Shown here in pieces: positions 27,733 through 36,965 of a DNA stretch of 64,000 nucleotides (position 1 is the stretch's first letter; the number at the start of each line of letters is the position of its first letter). The notes under the pieces are model-generated. The model had not been told where the DNA came from, ran no database searches, and worked only from the letters and a program-made list of their open reading frames with translations. Both the position numbers and the translations under genes were made by a program. Origin of the DNA: Gammaproteobacteria bacterium (GTDB lineage Bacteria; Pseudomonadota; Gammaproteobacteria; Xanthomonadales; Xanthomonadaceae); the NCBI GenBank assembly GCA_031408815.1, contig JANNWV010000086.1, forward strand, positions 374 to 64,373, written 5' to 3'.

Positions 27733-28959
27733 TCAAAACTGGGCCAACGGCAGGACTTCCAGCAGGCTACCTTTCTCCCAGCTTGCCGCGACCTCGGGCA
27801 ACACGATCAGGCAGTTGGAGTCGGCGACCGCGCGCAGGCGGTGCGAGCCGTCCGCGGGATTGGGCTCGACCAGCAATTGTCCCGTTGCATCGCAGGCCAG
27901 GTTGCCGCGCAGGAACTCCAGCCGGTCGTGGGTTTTTTCGAGCGCTGACGACAGCTTCGCCACGAGGCGCGTTCGCGGCGTAGTCCGGGCCTGCAAGCCG
28001 TCCAGGAAGCGGCGCGCCAGCGTCAGGTAGGTTGCGAACACCGACACCGGGTTGCCGGGCAGGCAGATCAGATGGGCCGCGCCCAGGCGCCCGGCCAATA
28101 CCGGCATGCCAGGTCGCATGCGGACCTTCCAGAAATAGACTTCGCCCCGCTCCGCAAGCAGCGCTGGCAGGAAATCCTTCTCGCCTGCGGAAACGCCACC
28201 GCAGGTAATCACCACGTCAAAGGAAAATGCGGCATCTGCCAGTGCGGCGGCGATTCGCGCCGGATCGTCGGGCAACACCGGCCAGGCGACGGGCTCGTAA
28301 CCATCGGTGCGCAAGAGCGTCTGCAGCAGGACGCGATTGCTATCGTGGATTTCGCCAGGCTGAAGCGCCTGGCCTGGCGGCTTGAGTTCGTCGCCGCTGG
28401 TGAATACGGCTACCGTGGGTCGTCGATGGACTTCAAGTTCCGGCAGGCCGATCGCCGCCGCCAGGCTCAGCGCTGCCGGGTTCAATACCTGGCCGCGACG
28501 GATCACCCTGTCGCCAGGCGAAACGTCCTCCCCTGCCCTGCGCACATGCTGGCCGACCCCAACTCGCCTGGCGAAGACGATGTGTCCGTCGTCGACTACG
28601 ACGTCCTCTTTCATGATCACGGCATCGGCGCCGCGCGGCATCGGCGCGCCAGTGGTGATCCTTGTGCATTCTCCTGCATCCACCTGCAGTCCAAGCGAAG
28701 CACCGGCGAATTGTTCGCCCACGATCAGCAGACGGGCGTGTTCCGAAACGGTATCCGCACCGCGGATCGCGAATCCGTCCATCGCTGCATTGTCGAAGCC
28801 AGGCAATGCCAGACGGGAAACGAGGTCGTCCGCCAGCACGCGCCCAAGGCATTGGGAAAGGGCAATCCTCTCGACACCCAGGCGCCCGTCTGCTGCAACG
28901 CGGTCCAGTATCTGGCCGGCTTCGGCGAAGGAGATTCGAGTGGGGAATACCGCGGGCAT
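27733..28959 (-). CDS. moeA: molybdopterin molybdotransferase MoeA
   Basis: 408 aa; MoeA N-terminal, MoCF-binding and C-terminal domain pattern (GADAVIMKED, TSGDEL, TCGGVSAGEKD). Confidence 0.9.
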   Translation of the reverse strand: MPAVFPTRISFAEAGQILDRVAADGRLGVERIALSQCLGRVLADDLVSRLALPGFDNAAMDGFAIRGADTVSEHARLLIVGEQFAGASLGLQVDAGECTRITTGAPMPRGADAVIMKEDVVVDDGHIVFARRVGVGQHVRRAGEDVSPGDRVIRRGQVLNPAALSLAAAIGLPELEVHRRPTVAVFTSGDELKPPGQALQPGEIHDSNRVLLQTLLRTDGYEPVAWPVLPDDPARIAAALADAAFSFDVVITCGGVSAGEKDFLPALLAERGEVYFWKVRMRPGMPVLAGRLGAAHLICLPGNPVSVFATYLTLARRFLDGLQARTTPRTRLVAKLSSALEKTHDRLEFLRGNLACDATGQLLVEPNPADGSHRLRAVADSNCLIVLPEVAASWEKGSLLEVLPLAQF

Positions 28960-28962
28960 GGT

Positions 28963-29520
28963 CTACTCGAAGTCGTGGGGCGTATTGAGATTACCCAAAC
29001 GCGCGGGGGAAATATCAATCTCGGCCATGTCGAGTTGCCTGAGCATCGGCTGCACGGCCCGGTTGCCTGCATCGAGCGCGCTTGAGACCAGACGGAGCGA
29101 CTCCGCCACGGGCCAGATTGCCACCAGGGGTTGCAGGCCGTCGGCATCGCGAATGAAGGCCCGGCCACCGGGCCGATCGCAAAGACGCTGGATGAGATCC
29201 GGATCCGCGCCGCGAAGATCGACAGGCAATGTCAGCAGCCACGTCGCGCGGGCCCTCGCTAGCAACGACTCGATGCCCGCCAGGGGCCCTGGATATCCGG
29301 GCCTGATGTCCGGCACCCACGACAGCCCGGGGCGTGCAGCGCGAGGGTCGGATCCGTTGTAGCTGAGCAGGGATTCATGGAAACCGGGACCGGCCGCCTG
29401 GAGCGCCCGGGACAACAGATCGGCTCCGTTGAAACGGACAGACGTCTTGTCAGCACCGCCCAATCGGAGGCCCTGGCCGCCGGCGAGGATTCCCAGGCTG
29501 ATCCGGTCGCGCGCCGGCAC
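28963..29520 (-). CDS. mobA: molybdenum cofactor guanylyltransferase MobA
   Basis: Only the 3' part of track ORF 28963..30141 is plausible. GTG at 29520-29518 gives (M)PARDRISLGILAGGQGLRLGG, the MobA N-terminal signature. The start lies 2 nt after the der stop. Confidence 0.75.
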   Translation of the reverse strand: MPARDRISLGILAGGQGLRLGGADKTSVRFNGADLLSRALQAAGPGFHESLLSYNGSDPRAARPGLSWVPDIRPGYPGPLAGIESLLARARATWLLTLPVDLRGADPDLIQRLCDRPGGRAFIRDADGLQPLVAIWPVAESLRLVSSALDAGNRAVQPMLRQLDMAEIDISPARLGNLNTPHDFE

Positions 29521-29522
29521 TA

Positions 29523-30920
29523 CTAACGTTTTTTGACGTGCCGCATCAAGCGGCGGCGCTTCTCGAGCTGCTTGTCGGTCAGCACGTTCTTCTTGCCTTC
29601 GAAGGGATTTTCGCCTTCCTTGAAGATGAACTTCACCGGCGTGCCGACCAGCTTGAAGCGCTTGCGGAAGAAGTTTTCCAGGTAACGCCGGTAGCTGTCG
29701 GGCAACGTCTTCAGGCGCGTGCCGTGCACGACGAACAGCGGCGGATTGTCGCCGCCCGGATGCGCGAAGCGAAGCTTGGCGGGATGCCCACGAACGACCG
29801 GCGGCGGAAACGTCTCGACCGCGACTTCCAGTGCCTTGGTGACTTCGGCCGTCGTAAACTTCCGCGTGGCCGACGCGTGCGCGCGATTGATCGCGGCAAA
29901 CAGCTCGCGCATGCCGGTGCCGTGCTTGGCCGAAATGGTGACCTGCTCGGCCCAGGTGCAGAACGACAATTTGCGATCGAGCAGCGACTTCGTCTGTTCG
30001 CGCTGGTAATCGGTCTGGCCGTCCCATTTGTTCACCGCCACGACCAGTGCGCGTCCGGCTTCCAGCACATGGCCGAGCACCGTCGCGTCCTGTTCGGTAA
30101 CACCCTCGCCCGCATCGAGCATCACCACGGCGACCTGGCACACCTGGATCGACTGCAGCGTCTTGAATACGCTGAATTTTTCGACCGCTTCCTCGACTTT
30201 CGCACGCCGGCGCAAGCCGGCGGTGTCGATGAGTCGGTAGCTGCGGCCATCGCGTTCCAGGTCGACGGAAATCGAATCGCGGGTGGTGCCGGGCACGTCG
30301 GACGCGATCATGCGCTCCTCGCCAAGCAAGCGGTTGACCAGCGTCGATTTGCCCACATTGGGACGGCCGATGAAAGCGACGCGCATGCGCTTGCCGTCAT
30401 CGGCGACGATGCCGGCGTCTTCGTCCTTGGGCAGGTACGGCCGCACCATTTCCACGAGATGCGGAATGCCGCGCTGGTGCGCCGCGGCGATCGGCAGGAT
30501 CTTCTCGACGCCAAAGCGGGCGAATTCGTTGACGCAGGCCGCTTCATCCAGCCCGTCGGTCTTGTTCACGACCAGGAAGAACGGGCGACCGGATTTGCGC
30601 AGCCAGGAAAGGATTTTTTCGTCGAGCGCCGACGGGCCTTCGCGGCCGTCGACCACGAACAACACCAGGTCGGCTTCTTCGGCGGCCGATCGCGATTGCC
30701 GCGCGGTGGCGCCTGCGAGTCCTTCTTCATCGGCAGTCAGGCCGCCGGTGTCACAAACGGCGAACGGGTGTTCTTCGTCGAGGCGACACAGACCGTAGTT
30801 GCGGTCGCGGGTGACGCCTGGCTCATCGTGAACCAGGGCGTCGCGCGTGCGCGTCAGGCCATTGAACAGCGTCGATTTGCCGACGTTGGGTCGTCCGACC
30901 AGGGCGACCAGCGGCAACAT
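29523..30920 (-). CDS. der: ribosome biogenesis GTPase Der (EngA)
   Basis: 465 aa; two tandem GTPase domains (GRPNVGKST twice) plus a KH-like C-terminus. Confidence 0.95.
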   Translation of the reverse strand: MLPLVALVGRPNVGKSTLFNGLTRTRDALVHDEPGVTRDRNYGLCRLDEEHPFAVCDTGGLTADEEGLAGATARQSRSAAEEADLVLFVVDGREGPSALDEKILSWLRKSGRPFFLVVNKTDGLDEAACVNEFARFGVEKILPIAAAHQRGIPHLVEMVRPYLPKDEDAGIVADDGKRMRVAFIGRPNVGKSTLVNRLLGEERMIASDVPGTTRDSISVDLERDGRSYRLIDTAGLRRRAKVEEAVEKFSVFKTLQSIQVCQVAVVMLDAGEGVTEQDATVLGHVLEAGRALVVAVNKWDGQTDYQREQTKSLLDRKLSFCTWAEQVTISAKHGTGMRELFAAINRAHASATRKFTTAEVTKALEVAVETFPPPVVRGHPAKLRFAHPGGDNPPLFVVHGTRLKTLPDSYRRYLENFFRKRFKLVGTPVKFIFKEGENPFEGKKNVLTDKQLEKRRRLMRHVKKR

Positions 30921-30923
30921 GGC

Positions 30924-32147
30924 TTAGTTGCCCAGGCGATAGGCAGCAAGCTCACCTTCGTTGGACAGCGCGTACAGCACGCCATCCGCGGAAACTTGCG
31001 GCGTGCCGCGCACGGAGGCGCGCTCGATGCGCACGCGTCCGGCAATATCGCCAGTGTCGAGCTTGATCCAGTGCAGGTATCCCTCAAGATCACCCACAAC
31101 GGCGTAATCACCGTGCACGACCGGCGAGGTGAGTTGGCGATTGCCGAGGACGTTCTGTTTCCAGAGGGAAGTACCGTTGTTCCGGTCCAGCGCCCATACG
31201 TTGCCAGACTTGTCACTGAGCAACACCTTGTCGCCTGCAACTGCCAGGCCGGCATAGCTGCCGGTGTCGTTGGTCCACAGTTGCTGGCCGTTCTGCAGCG
31301 AGAGAGCCATCACCTTGTCGTGATAGCTGGTTACGTACAGCAATTCGCCGTCGATGACGATTTCGCCGTCGATGTCAGCCATGCGCTCGAGCTCTGTGCG
31401 ACCGTCGGGCTCCGCAACGGCGATCTCCCAAACCTGCAAGCCGTCGATGTCGCGCAAGGCCACGAGCTTGCCATCGTCATAACCGATAAAGGTCATTCCG
31501 TTGTTGCCCACCGGCGAGGAATTGCCCCGCACGCTTAGCGAAGGCAGACCGCGGTCGAAAACCCATTTGCGGGTGCCGTCGGCGGGGTCGAAGCCGAACA
31601 CGCGGCCGTCGTTGCTGCGCACGATGACGCGGGACTCAGTGATGTAGGGCGCGCTCAGTACTTCCGAGCTGACCCGAGTGGCCCAGCGCTTCTCGCCGGT
31701 GTCCGACGAGAACGCGACCACTTCGCCATTTCGACCGCCCACCACGACCAGTCCGTTGCCAACGCCCGGGCTGCCCGTCAGGCCGGCTTCGGCTGCCTTG
31801 CGTTTCCAGAACTTTACCCAGCTTCCGGTCTTTTCGACATTGACGGCGTTGGCGACCCATATCTGCTTGCCGGTGCCGGCATCGAGTGCAAGCACTTCGC
31901 CATCGTCGTTCGTGGCGTACACGCGGCCACCGCTGATGGTGGGACGCTGGCGCAGCCAGAGGCGGTCTTCACCTTTACCCAGGCTCACGTCCCAAAGTTT
32001 TCTGACGCCGATCGGAGAAGCGAGCTTCACCAGTTCGGTAGGTTGATTGGCCTTGGACTTGGTGGACTTGCCGAACCAGCCCTTGACGGTGGAGCAACCC
32101 GGCGTAACCGCAACCAGGACCGCCACGAATATGAGTTTACGCAGCAT
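30924..32147 (-). CDS. bamB: outer membrane protein assembly factor BamB
   Basis: 407 aa; lipobox VTPGC; PQQ-like beta-propeller repeats; yfgM-bamB-der synteny. Confidence 0.9.
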   Translation of the reverse strand: MLRKLIFVAVLVAVTPGCSTVKGWFGKSTKSKANQPTELVKLASPIGVRKLWDVSLGKGEDRLWLRQRPTISGGRVYATNDDGEVLALDAGTGKQIWVANAVNVEKTGSWVKFWKRKAAEAGLTGSPGVGNGLVVVGGRNGEVVAFSSDTGEKRWATRVSSEVLSAPYITESRVIVRSNDGRVFGFDPADGTRKWVFDRGLPSLSVRGNSSPVGNNGMTFIGYDDGKLVALRDIDGLQVWEIAVAEPDGRTELERMADIDGEIVIDGELLYVTSYHDKVMALSLQNGQQLWTNDTGSYAGLAVAGDKVLLSDKSGNVWALDRNNGTSLWKQNVLGNRQLTSPVVHGDYAVVGDLEGYLHWIKLDTGDIAGRVRIERASVRGTPQVSADGVLYALSNEGELAAYRLGN

Positions 32148-32150
32148 GGA

Positions 32151-32798
32151 TCAAGTCTCCGGCTGTGCGGGCGGTTGGCCGCCGGCATCGATAAGTTTGA
32201 GTTCGACCAGTCGGCGCGTCGGCGCGGCCTGGTCAAGATTGGTCAGTGCCTGCTGGTAGGACTTGCGCGCGAGTTCACGGTCGCCTTCGGCCACGGCGAT
32301 ATCGCCACGCAATTCGTCGGCGACGCCAGGAAACATCGGTTTGGAGATGGCTGCGAGTTGCTTGCGAGCTTCGGCAGGCTTGCCATCGAACAGGTAAAGG
32401 CGTGCAAGTCGGATCTGGCGGAGTTCCTGGATATCGGCGCGATCCGATTTCGGTGCGCCGGACTGCAGCAGCTTTATCGCATCGGCGGTCTTGCCCGAAT
32501 CCTGGAGGAAAGCGGCATAGCGCAGGGTCGCCAACTCGGCGAACACGGTGTCCTTGTACTTGTCGCCGAGGAGGGCCGAAAACGTCTTGGCCTTCGCCGC
32601 GTCCTTGGCCGTTATGGCGTCGGAAAACAGCTGGTACTGGGTAGCGGCTTCCTGCTTGTGGCGAGTGCCCTGCCCCTGCCACCACTGCCAGGCGAATACC
32701 AGACCCAGGCCCAGCGCGATGCCGAGGATGAGCGAGCTGCCATTCTGCCGGAGCCATTTGCGGACGAGTTCGCCCTGTTCGTGTTCGTCAAGTTCCAT
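32151..32798 (-). CDS. yfgM: YfgM family (ancillary SecYEG-associated) TPR-like membrane protein
   Basis: 215 aa; N-terminal TM after MELDEHEQGELVRKWL; position upstream of bamB. Confidence 0.75.
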   Translation of the reverse strand: MELDEHEQGELVRKWLRQNGSSLILGIALGLGLVFAWQWWQGQGTRHKQEAATQYQLFSDAITAKDAAKAKTFSALLGDKYKDTVFAELATLRYAAFLQDSGKTADAIKLLQSGAPKSDRADIQELRQIRLARLYLFDGKPAEARKQLAAISKPMFPGVADELRGDIAVAEGDRELARKSYQQALTNLDQAAPTRRLVELKLIDAGGQPPAQPET

Positions 32799-32864
32799 CG
32801 TATTGTCGGTTCTCTGCCTGCATCGGTCGCCGGCGGTTGGAAGTTTGGGGAATTGGCGGGGTCG

Positions 32865-33692
32865 TCAGTTGCTGGCGATCCGGCCATCAGAGGATACCGT
32901 AAAGCGCGCGACGTTCGCTTCGCGGAAGGGCGTCAGGTCCAGTTGCGCGCCTGCCAGAGTGACGTCCACGGCCGTGGCGTCGCCAAGCGTCACCCGCGCC
33001 AATTGACGGGCTTCGAAGCGACGTTCCGTTCCGGCCACGACCAGTCCCCGCTCGAGACTCACGCCGGAGCGGTCGACCAGGTCGACCCAGCTATCGCCCC
33101 GGAAACGTATCACGATCGCGCCTGGAGCCTGTGCAGGCCGTCCAGCCTCGAGCGACGCCGGAGCCTCGGCGATGACGGGCGTGGCGGCGGGCGTTTTCGC
33201 CTCCATGGCAACGGGCTCGGTCGTCACTGGCGGCGCCATCGTCGCATAGGCGTCGCTGGCGTCCAGGGGGATCAAGGTCACGCTGCGTTTCGGAGACTGG
33301 AAGTACAAGGCAAGAGCAACGACGGCCGCGACGATCAGGATCGTCATCACCAGGTAGCCGACGTTCATCGAACTGCGGTTGTAGGCGCGCGTGGCGACGG
33401 GGGTGCCGCCGAACGCAACGAGTTGCGGCGCGGGCTTGCCCTTGACGACGTCGTCGGCAAGCGATGCCGGCAGCCCCAGCAGCTTGGCGTAGCTGCCTAC
33501 ATAGCTGCGCACGAAGATCGGCGCGCCCAAGCGCGCCCAGTCTTCGCGCTCGATCGCATCGAGCACGGAAACGGGCAGCTTCAGCTGCTGCGCGACGGAC
33601 TCGAGGCTCCAGCGGGCCTTTTCACGCGCGTGGCGAAAACGCAGACCGATAGGGTCTTCGAACAGCGTGTCCTGGAACGATTCGATGGTCAT
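32865..33692 (-). CDS. rodZ: cytoskeleton protein RodZ (HTH - TM - DUF4115)
   Basis: 275 aa; N-terminal HTH (LRFRHAREKARWSLESVAQQLKL), central TM, C-terminal beta-rich domain; synteny with rlmN. Confidence 0.8.
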   Translation of the reverse strand: MTIESFQDTLFEDPIGLRFRHAREKARWSLESVAQQLKLPVSVLDAIEREDWARLGAPIFVRSYVGSYAKLLGLPASLADDVVKGKPAPQLVAFGGTPVATRAYNRSSMNVGYLVMTILIVAAVVALALYFQSPKRSVTLIPLDASDAYATMAPPVTTEPVAMEAKTPAATPVIAEAPASLEAGRPAQAPGAIVIRFRGDSWVDLVDRSGVSLERGLVVAGTERRFEARQLARVTLGDATAVDVTLAGAQLDLTPFREANVARFTVSSDGRIASN

Positions 33693-34462
33693 GGCGAGCG
33701 AGCCCCCTCCCCAGTGGGCGCGTGCTTGGGAAATTCCTGGCGCAACCTTTCCCGATAGCGGGCGGCGCCCATCGCATTGCCGGCGCTCTCCTCGATCCGG
33801 GCCGCAAGATCGAGCGTGTTGGCGTCAGCGCCAAGCGCGTCACGGCGCTGGATGAACGCCTGCGCTTCGAAGAACTTGCCTTGCCTGAATTCGGTGTCGG
33901 CCAGCAGGTACAACAAATTGCGGTCTTCCGGAGAAAACACCAGCGCGCGGCGCAGGTAGTCTTCGGCCTGCGGCAGGCGATTCACCGACAGTGCGCACTT
34001 GCCGGCATTGGACAGGGCTTGCACGGGCGTGCGGTACTTTGGATCGGCCAGCGCCTTCACGAATTCGCGATCGGCAAGCTCGGCCTGGCCGTGCTCGCAC
34101 GACCAGGACGCGTGCGCGTTCAGGATGACGCCGTCGTTCGGTGCAATCTTGAGGGCTCGGTCGAATTCACGCTGTGCCTTTTCGGTCTCGCCCGCACTGG
34201 CATGGATCATCGCCAGCATCGCGCGGACTTCAGCTGAACCGGAGTCCGTCTGTTCGGCCATCTCTGCCCGCTGGCGCGCCTTGGCGACATCGCCCGCTTC
34301 GAGGTAGCCCTGGGAGAGGCCCAGGTTCATCCGGCCCGCAGCCGACAGCCGGACTGCCGAAGCGGCGTCCGACGGGGACGTTTGCTTGGCGACCTTCTCC
34401 CCGCCCGTGCCTGCGCAGGCGACCAGCAGCAGGCTGCATATGATCCACTCAAGCCGCCGCAT
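33689..34462 (-). CDS. pilW: type IV pilus biogenesis/stability TPR lipoprotein PilW (PilF-like)
   Basis: 257 aa; lipobox LLVACAG; TPR repeats; lies between rlmN and rodZ as in other pseudomonad/xanthomonad genomes. Confidence 0.75.
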   Translation of the reverse strand: MRRLEWIICSLLLVACAGTGGEKVAKQTSPSDAASAVRLSAAGRMNLGLSQGYLEAGDVAKARQRAEMAEQTDSGSAEVRAMLAMIHASAGETEKAQREFDRALKIAPNDGVILNAHASWSCEHGQAELADREFVKALADPKYRTPVQALSNAGKCALSVNRLPQAEDYLRRALVFSPEDRNLLYLLADTEFRQGKFFEAQAFIQRRDALGADANTLDLAARIEESAGNAMGAARYRERLRQEFPKHAPTGEGARSP

Positions 34463-35606
34463 CGGAGAGCCCGTCAGCCTGCAACTTGCGATTGAATTCG
34501 GCCTGGCGCCGAGTGCGATCCATCACCTGCCCCTTGAGTTGGCCGCAGGCGGCGTCGATGTCGTCGCCACGCGTGCGCCGCACCATCGTCAGCACCTGGT
34601 TCTCGAGCAGGATGGTCTGGAAGTCGCGGATGTCCGTTTCCTCGGACCGCTCGTAGCGCGTGCCGGGGAACGGGTTGAATGGAATCAGGTTGACCTTTGC
34701 CGTATTGGCGCGCTGGACCTGCGCGTCGATGCGGCGCATCAGCTTGACCAGGCCGCGGGCATGCTCGGGCTGGTCGTTGATGCCCTTCATCATCGTGTAT
34801 TCAAACGTGATGGACGTGCGCGGCTTGCGCATCGCGTAGCGCACGCAGGCATCCATCAATTCGGCGATTGGGTACTTTTTGTTGAGGGGTACCAACTGCG
34901 TACGCAATTCATCGAACGGCGCATGCAAGGACACGGCCAGCGACACGTCGCTGACTTCCGATAGTTTGTCGATCATCGGCACCAGGCCGGCGGTGGACAG
35001 CGTGACGCGCTTGTTGGCAAGGCCAAAACCATTGTCGTCGCGCATCAGGCTCATGGCCCGCACGACATTGTCGAAATTCAGCAGCGGCTCGCCCATGCCC
35101 ATCATCACCACGTTGGTCAGCTTGCGCTGGTGATGCGGGACGTTGCCCAGGTGCTTGGCCGCCACCCAGACCTGGCCAATGATCTCGGCGGTGCTGAGGT
35201 TGCGGTTGAAGCCCTGGGTGCCGGTGGAGCAGAAGGTGCAGTTCAGCCCGCAACCGACCTGGCTGGAAACACACAGCGTGCCCCTGCCCTTGTCCGGGAT
35301 GAAGACAGACTCGATGGCGTTGCCACCGTCCATGCCGAGCAGCCACTTGTGGGTGCCGTCGGTGGACGGTTTCTCGAACATCGTGTTGGGCGGCATCACC
35401 ACGGCGTGCTGTTCGAGCTTGCCGCGCAATTCCTTGCCCAGGTCGGTCATCTGCCCGAAGTCGGTAGCGTGCCGGTGGTACATCCACTTCATCACCTGCT
35501 GGGCGCGAAAGCGCTTCTCGCCGAGCGTGTCGGCGAAGAAGTGCTCCAGCCCCGTGCGATCGAGGTCGAGCAGATTGGTGCGGGTATCGACCTCGGTCAC
35601 GGGCAA
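34449..35606 (-). CDS. rlmN: 23S rRNA/tRNA (adenine-C2)-methyltransferase RlmN (radical SAM)
   Basis: 385 aa; [18 protein letters not shown] radical-SAM motif; conserved C-terminal Cys. Confidence 0.95.
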   Translation of the reverse strand: MPVTEVDTRTNLLDLDRTGLEHFFADTLGEKRFRAQQVMKWMYHRHATDFGQMTDLGKELRGKLEQHAVVMPPNTMFEKPSTDGTHKWLLGMDGGNAIESVFIPDKGRGTLCVSSQVGCGLNCTFCSTGTQGFNRNLSTAEIIGQVWVAAKHLGNVPHHQRKLTNVVMMGMGEPLLNFDNVVRAMSLMRDDNGFGLANKRVTLSTAGLVPMIDKLSEVSDVSLAVSLHAPFDELRTQLVPLNKKYPIAELMDACVRYAMRKPRTSITFEYTMMKGINDQPEHARGLVKLMRRIDAQVQRANTAKVNLIPFNPFPGTRYERSEETDIRDFQTILLENQVLTMVRRTRGDDIDAACGQLKGQVMDRTRRQAEFNRKLQADGLSDAAA

Positions 35607-35643
35607 TTCATTTCAGTGATGTGGCGGTGGAGAGCCGGCGCAA

Positions 35644-36069
35644 TCAGCGCGGGCACAATTCCGTGGCGGCGAAGAAGTAGGCCGTCTCGATGGCGGCATT
35701 CTCCAGGCTGTCCGAACCGTGCACGGCATTGGCGTCAATGCTCTGAGCGAAATCGGCGCGAATGGTTCCGGCGGCGGCGTCCTTGGGGTTGGTGGCGCCC
35801 ATCAGGTCGCGATTGGTGGCGACGGCGTTCTCGCCTTCCAGCACCTGGATCATCACCGGGCCGGAGCTCATGAACTCGACCAGGGCGTTGAAGAACGGGC
35901 GCTCGCGGTGAACGGCGTAGAAGCCTTCGGCCTCCTTGCGCGACAGGTGCTTCATCTTCGCGGCGACGATCTTCAGGCCGGCACCCTCGAAGCGGGCGTA
36001 GATCTGGCCGATCACGTTTTTCGCGACGGCATCGGGTTTGATGATGGAAATGGTGCGCTCCAGCGCCAT
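35644..36069 (-). CDS. ndk: nucleoside-diphosphate kinase
   Basis: 141 aa; [15 protein letters not shown]...NAVHGSDS. Confidence 0.97.
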   Translation of the reverse strand: MALERTISIIKPDAVAKNVIGQIYARFEGAGLKIVAAKMKHLSRKEAEGFYAVHRERPFFNALVEFMSSGPVMIQVLEGENAVATNRDLMGATNPKDAAAGTIRADFAQSIDANAVHGSDSLENAAIETAYFFAATELCPR

Positions 36070-36241
36070 GAGCTTGCTCCGGTTGGGTTTCTAGGGAAAA
36101 GGAGGGGGAAAACCCGTGAAATTTACCACAAAACCCTACTCCGGACACGGCCTTAGCTTGCATTGCGAAGCCAGTTTCGGGAATAAGCGCCAGACCCACC
36201 GGCGGTTTCGGCCATTGACCCCGGGCCCGCTCCAATCTAGG

Positions 36242-36261
36242 ATTGAAACACTTGTTTCAAT
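36242..36261. promoter_or_regulatory. perfect palindromic operator, PsrA-type (GAAAC-N4-GTTTC)
   Basis: ATTGAAACA-CT-TGTTTCAAT with 9-nt perfect arms; sits 15 nt upstream of the first ATG of the TetR gene. Confidence 0.6.
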
Positions 36262-36275
36262 CAGGCTTTGCCGGA

Positions 36276-36893
36276 ATGACCACCACCCATTTCAATACCA
36301 AGGACCGCATCCTCGGCGCTGCCGAAGAGCTGTTCGCCCAACACGGATTCTCGGGCACCTCCCTGCGCCAGGTTACCAGCCGCGCCGATGTCAACATCGC
36401 CGCCGTCAACTACCACTTCGGGTCGAAGGAAAACCTCGTCAACGAGGTATTCCGGCGTCGGATGGACGAGATGAGCGACCGTCGCATCAGCCAGCTGCGG
36501 CAAGCCCAGGAGGACCACCCGGGCGAGCTCGAGCCGATCCTCGCCGCCTTCATCGAACCCGCGCTCGCGCTCACCCTCGACCGCCACGGCTCGGCCTTCG
36601 TGCGGGTGCTGGCACGCGCCTACGCCGAGAAGAACGACCGCCTGCGCAAATTCCTGTCCGACAACTACGGTCAGGTGCTGCGTGAATTCGCCAAGGCGCT
36701 AGCCCCTTCCCTGCCCAACCTGGGCAAGGAGGAACTGTATTGGCGGATGGACTTCGTTGCCGGCGCGCTCACCTACGCCATGGCAGATTTCGGCCTGATC
36801 CGTCGGCCTGCGGGCGTGTCGGAGAAGACCCATTGCGACAAGGCGGCCGAACACCTGATCCGTTTTGCCGCGGCCGGGCTTCGCGCGGCCTGA
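36276..36893 (+). CDS. TetR/AcrR family transcriptional regulator, PsrA-like (fatty-acid degradation control)
   Basis: N-terminal TetR HTH (RILGAAEELFAQHGFSGTSLRQVTSRADVNIAAVNYHFGSK). First ATG at 36276 (the track start at 36243 is a TTG inside the palindrome). Upstream of the fadB/fadA-like genes. Confidence 0.8.
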   Translation: MTTTHFNTKDRILGAAEELFAQHGFSGTSLRQVTSRADVNIAAVNYHFGSKENLVNEVFRRRMDEMSDRRISQLRQAQEDHPGELEPILAAFIEPALALTLDRHGSAFVRVLARAYAEKNDRLRKFLSDNYGQVLREFAKALAPSLPNLGKEELYWRMDFVAGALTYAMADFGLIRRPAGVSEKTHCDKAAEHLIRFAAAGLRAA

Positions 36894-36965
36894 AACCCGC
36901 TTCACACGCGCTGCGGCGCACCTGTCGATCCATCGATCCACTCGTTACATCCCTCGGAGCAAACC

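Noticed and set aside
29521-30141. The upper two-thirds of track ORF 28963..30141(-), read as part of mobA or as a separate gene.
   Set aside because: That part overlaps der in another frame and is Arg-rich nonsense. Only the segment from GTG 29520 shows the MobA signature.
36925-36940. Tandem direct repeat TCGATCCA-TCGATCCA upstream of the dehydrogenase/hydratase gene.
   Set aside because: Two 8-nt copies are easily produced by chance and no matching motif is known to me. It is noted only.
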